Shown here piece after piece: positions 61,601 to 64,000 of a stretch of DNA of 64,000 nucleotides (the first letter of the stretch is position 1; every line of letters starts with the position of its first letter). Both the position numbers and the translations under genes were made by a program. The notes beneath the pieces are model-generated. The model saw only the letters and a list, made by a program, of their open reading frames with translations, made no database searches and was not told where the DNA came from. Source of the stretch: Amoebophrya sp. A120 (Eukaryota; Protista; Dinoflagellata); assembly GCA_905178155.1 (NCBI GenBank), contig CAJINV010000017.1:550722-614721 (forward strand), given 5' to 3'.

Positions 61601-61884
61601 GGCCCGTCTGGTTCAAGGGATTCCAGTACAACGACTCATCCGAAGGTCGCAGAGCACGATTCGACACCGCGCTCGGAAAATTCGCGCAACACCTGATCCC
61701 TCTGCAGGCCAGCAAGCACGCGAATAATCTCCCCCCGGTATCTGTCGCGATACCGTTGAACATCGGAACGGGCTACAACGGTGGAAAAGTTGACGAGTAT
61801 GCACGCATTCTCGACCGTTTCGTGCGCGCAACACGCCCGCACGGAATCATCACCACTTTTTATCTGCCAGCCAAAAAGCACTGA
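58684..61884 (+). CDS. Pol-like polyprotein: RT, RNase H, degenerate methyltransferase-like region, macrodomain-like C-terminus
   Basis: RT motifs KLRLVTDW, GLDWADCF, PFGIKPAP, YVDD (59809-59820) and WLGLLID. RNase H motifs HGDAS..WG, INVKE, YTDN and NPVADVLSR. Downstream VEAF...WWFPP and SVAIPLNIGTGYNGG. Confidence 0.88.
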   Translation: MQPSERFAVPQSSHASRSRSSGAVQKRTPPRNSTRKRPAPPSSESGSRSSSSSSDSSSISGSSASPPLAKSSSNRSKSDIVRHQQKRRIIPGSRFRSKNRAPIPGVHSGQTEEEKSLGLCPHPEFSFQDYVNAGCPTTSDEIADFVSSRAGPDDHWRPLEDKAMIEGNSLNLEQCIRWGVPPEVILEWFGGYDFDITDPDLKITRQDNYSGAYDHPHDFTSEVYRFFHDKKLLIYDAARNDQPHPDNLMIAPATVLIQKWGTKLRLVTDWSARGTMLNQALFPPPVDYSDVHKLLWDMQPGAWITGLDWADCFAHWAISPARRRFLGVQTPLTGKFGVHLFTPFGIKPAPGKNDANIKVKINLGLRSGVKAASYDYVDDLRCLALENQLCQVTANRELKKMFYFYSALGAKLHTKAGKYIEATRSCPWLGLLIDTLLMRVFIEPERLETYIIELSEFIEQAQKALDSGSEACKAKELAAIIGKMESVKIVVHNGPLHLLQDVLKHSKVYKRWQTDSKFNPHVKIPAPAIKQLRWWLSILKSNPYAKIFSNRPANHNGEKCSCFLWRVEVLDAGPQFLRSLPADLFVVIHGDASSRRNNWGSTISGVSEKFQGEYPDKFKNKDINVKESYALLATLRAANTKGIHLSDKLIIYYTDNMTARKVANKGSYNKSPELTEISLDVREEVIKYGNELVGAKIDGEANPVADVLSRFDAELSSFFDPYVERRFNARSWGSICSKFPGMTVEAFTAGAGDELTRLQQQYCEKIPPFHHHLEWCDKKSWWFPPITIIFPTLRFVSKLVASHPLEARPRIAICAPVMGDRFSRTLAPLFLTMTFKKGSQCFETHGGTKITAEDTFCVYSTVPLSLWSAPRSCISITPQVERLRKSTKWKAALGLLDQPVSGGFGTGSEDFFVHICPVAPVETPKGVAADIYAAFPHASRYKEPVENKPFGDFEIIGRVVNIYSMFKKGPASGPVWFKGFQYNDSSEGRRARFDTALGKFAQHLIPLQASKHANNLPPVSVAIPLNIGTGYNGGKVDEYARILDRFVRATRPHGIITTFYLPAKKH

Positions 61885-62028
61885 CTTGTGCTTCAATTGC
61901 CACTCTCTAACAAGCAGTAACATTGATCGCTCGAACACACGGTGTTTTTTTCAACCACTTCTGAAAAATTACTCTCGCGAACGCACAAGCAGCTATCGCT
62001 GCGGCTCAGTTTACCCTGCCTAGGTTGG

Positions 62029-62719
62029 CCTGTCTCTCGCGCCTCGACAATCCGCGAAAGCGGTGCGTTGGCTCCGAGTCTCTCGTTCTCGGTGTTCGGT
62101 TTCAGGGCGAGCTCGACGCGTCGGCTCTTGGGCAACATAAACACCACAATCTTTAAGATCGAATAAAATTATGGATTTGAAGCAGCGCGCAGTGGTGCGT
62201 ATGAAGTCCAATTTTAAGAAGTGAATTAGATTGTGGTGTTTCTGTTTGAGTGTTCGTTCGTGTTCGCACCGGGGTCTGGTCCACGCATCCGGTATATAAA
62301 TCACGTGACCACAATATTCGTATTCTAATCTATTCGCGATCGCTATTCCTATTCCTATTCTAGTCTTATTCGATTATTCCTACTCTTATTCTACTCCCGG
62401 TACTCTATTCTTNTACTCTATTCTTCTTTTTTCCCGCCCTCCCGCACCTCGGCTTGGGCACCTATTCGGCGCAAGCCGCTTTTCGTTGTTTATCTTTCGT
62501 TTCTTCATGTTTCAACGCAATCTAATTCATCGATCCGTCACGTCCCCTCGCCCTGCCCGTTGGTGCTAGTGACACTCACCTGTCTCTCGCGCCTCGACAA
62601 TCCGCGAAAGCGGTGCGTTGGCTCCGAGTCTCTCGTTCTCGGTGTTCGGTTTCAGGGCGAGCTCGACGCGTCGGCTCTTGGGCAACATAAACACCACAAT
62701 CTTTAAGATCGAATAAAAT
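62029..62719 (+). repeat. Two identical 141-bp direct repeats (62029..62169 and 62579..62719) flanking a 409-bp spacer with a degenerate (TATTCY)n tract
   Basis: Identical by eye from CCTGTCTCTCGC to GAATAAAAT; offset 550 bp. Confidence 0.92.
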
Positions 62720-64000
62720 GAGGCCTTTCGCTGTTTCAACGCCGTGAACATCCGCGGCAGGCCGTACTTGCGACTTGCGGAGCTGCACACCGCACTGCAA
62801 GCCGTGTCCGCCAACCCGGTTTTCGATCAACTCCGGTCGAAGAGTCACAGCTTCTTCCTATGGATTGCAAAAATGTCTTGCAACTTGTCATGCTGTCTTT
62901 GGATTCCAAAAAAATCTGTATTGCGTGACCAGCAACAGGACTCCAGTTTGTGTTACGCGGAGAGGGCATTTCTCATGCGGAATAGGCATCAGCAAGCCCT
63001 GTAAAAATCTGTGATGCTAGATCATGCATTACATGCGTCGTGGATCATACGAAAGATGCATCACAAATTCCGGAATCTTCCAGACCCAGACTACATTTTT
63101 ACACTCGATACTTCCCCTTGCTGTGCAAGGCGTTTCTGAACGCGTCCGCTAACCGGGACCAACAGTGCTCCGCAGCGGACTTCGAATCCTTGTTGGAGTC
63201 CTTGTCCCTGACCCAGTTGGACGCCACGAACATTTTCCGGGCGTTCGTGCAAAACGACTTTGCGAGTCTGGACGTGTGGAGCTTCATCAACTTGATCCTC
63301 GGAGCTTTGTGTCCGTCGTTAATCCTGGAGGAGTTTCTGAACAACGATTTGTTGTGTGAAACCCTGCAGAATTTAGCCACCTGGTACTACAAACCGTTCA
63401 ACTTTGAGGAGTTTTTGAATATGTGCCAAAACTGTGGGATTTACGACAAGCGCGCGGTCCAGCTTTGCTTTTTGTTTCTGGACGTGGACAACAGTGAGCA
63501 GGTGTTTGCGCGAGAAATTCTCACCGCGTTCCACATCAAGCGGCAGCTGGCGCCGGGCGGCTCGGAAAAGAGCAGTAGTAGCAGGAAAAGACAGGGTACT
63601 TGCCGACAGTTGAAGGAAGTTGTTTTTTCTTATTTGAATGACAGAAAATCAGGCAGCACTATACATAGGAAGTTTTCGAACCTCGTTGTGTGCAAAGAAT
63701 GCGAAGTCCGGTAGTTCAAACTGTGCAGCTCTGAATAACTGCATTAAATAAACCTGCTCAGGTCAAACCAACCGCGCACGGCAGATGATTGCCGAGTCGC
63801 TAGGCAAACAATTTGCCGGGTGTTTTGCCAAGGCGGATCTGCTGAAACGGGTGGTGAAAGCGCCGTGGTCTGCTTCGGAGCAGGAAGCGGTGCAGGGCGG
63901 TTTCAAGACGCTTAAACGAATCCAGACCGGAATTCCCGTACCAAAACCGAAGAGAAAGGACGAGGACGAAGACGCCCCCCCGCCCAAACCCGGGTTCCGG
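62720..64000 (+). CDS. EF-hand-containing protein, 5'-incomplete, runs off the window
   Basis: Frame EAFRCFNAVNIRG...SHSFF|PLLCKAF after introner removal; EF loop FLDVDNSEQVFARE; GT-AG intron 63596..63761. Confidence 0.68.
62859..63110. mobile_element. Introner family A, 252 bp, TSD CTTCC, decayed left TIR
   Basis: Right end CTTCCAGACCCAGACTACATTTTTACACTCGATA; left end TATGGATTGCAAAAATGTCT; inverted relative of 25166..25427; removal restores the frame. Confidence 0.85.

Larger units (their letters stand above)
58563..62719 (+). mobile_element. DIRS/Ngaro/PAT-type (tyrosine-recombinase class) retrotransposon, 3' part
   Basis: DIRS-type RT and RNase H ORF without integrase, followed by two identical 141-bp direct repeats. 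The 5' part is lost in the gap and no recombinase ORF is visible. Confidence 0.78.

Overview
This is eukaryotic, intron-rich genomic DNA with about 16-18 protein-coding genes, all on the + strand. Two retroelements are present: a truncated non-LTR retrotransposon at the left edge, and a DIRS/Ngaro/PAT-type RT-RNaseH element near the right edge, just after a 100-N gap. Recognisable genes are a class I (ascorbate/cytochrome c) peroxidase, a calmodulin/centrin-like protein, TPR, KH-domain, PAN/Apple, Sec20-like, asparagine-synthetase-like, ankyrin-repeat and EF-hand proteins. The dominant unusual signal is a set of at least 14 MITE-like insertions inside coding sequence. They belong to at least 7 unrelated TIR families, almost all begin TAT and end ATA, and they carry a 5-bp (one family 8-bp) target-site duplication. 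Removing each element plus one TSD copy restores the reading frame, yet none can be read as GT-AG. Related copies occur in both orientations, and the 5-bp-TSD families share a repeated GCAT(G/C/T)ACA motif. This matches the introner elements / non-canonical introns reported for the parasitic dinoflagellate Amoebophrya (organism assignment is inference). Other highlights are a MITE nested inside an introner, 28-30 nt micro-exons between adjacent introners, and a retrotransposon pol ORF ending in a macrodomain-like region. All gene models and coordinates were read by eye; no database search or RNA evidence was available.
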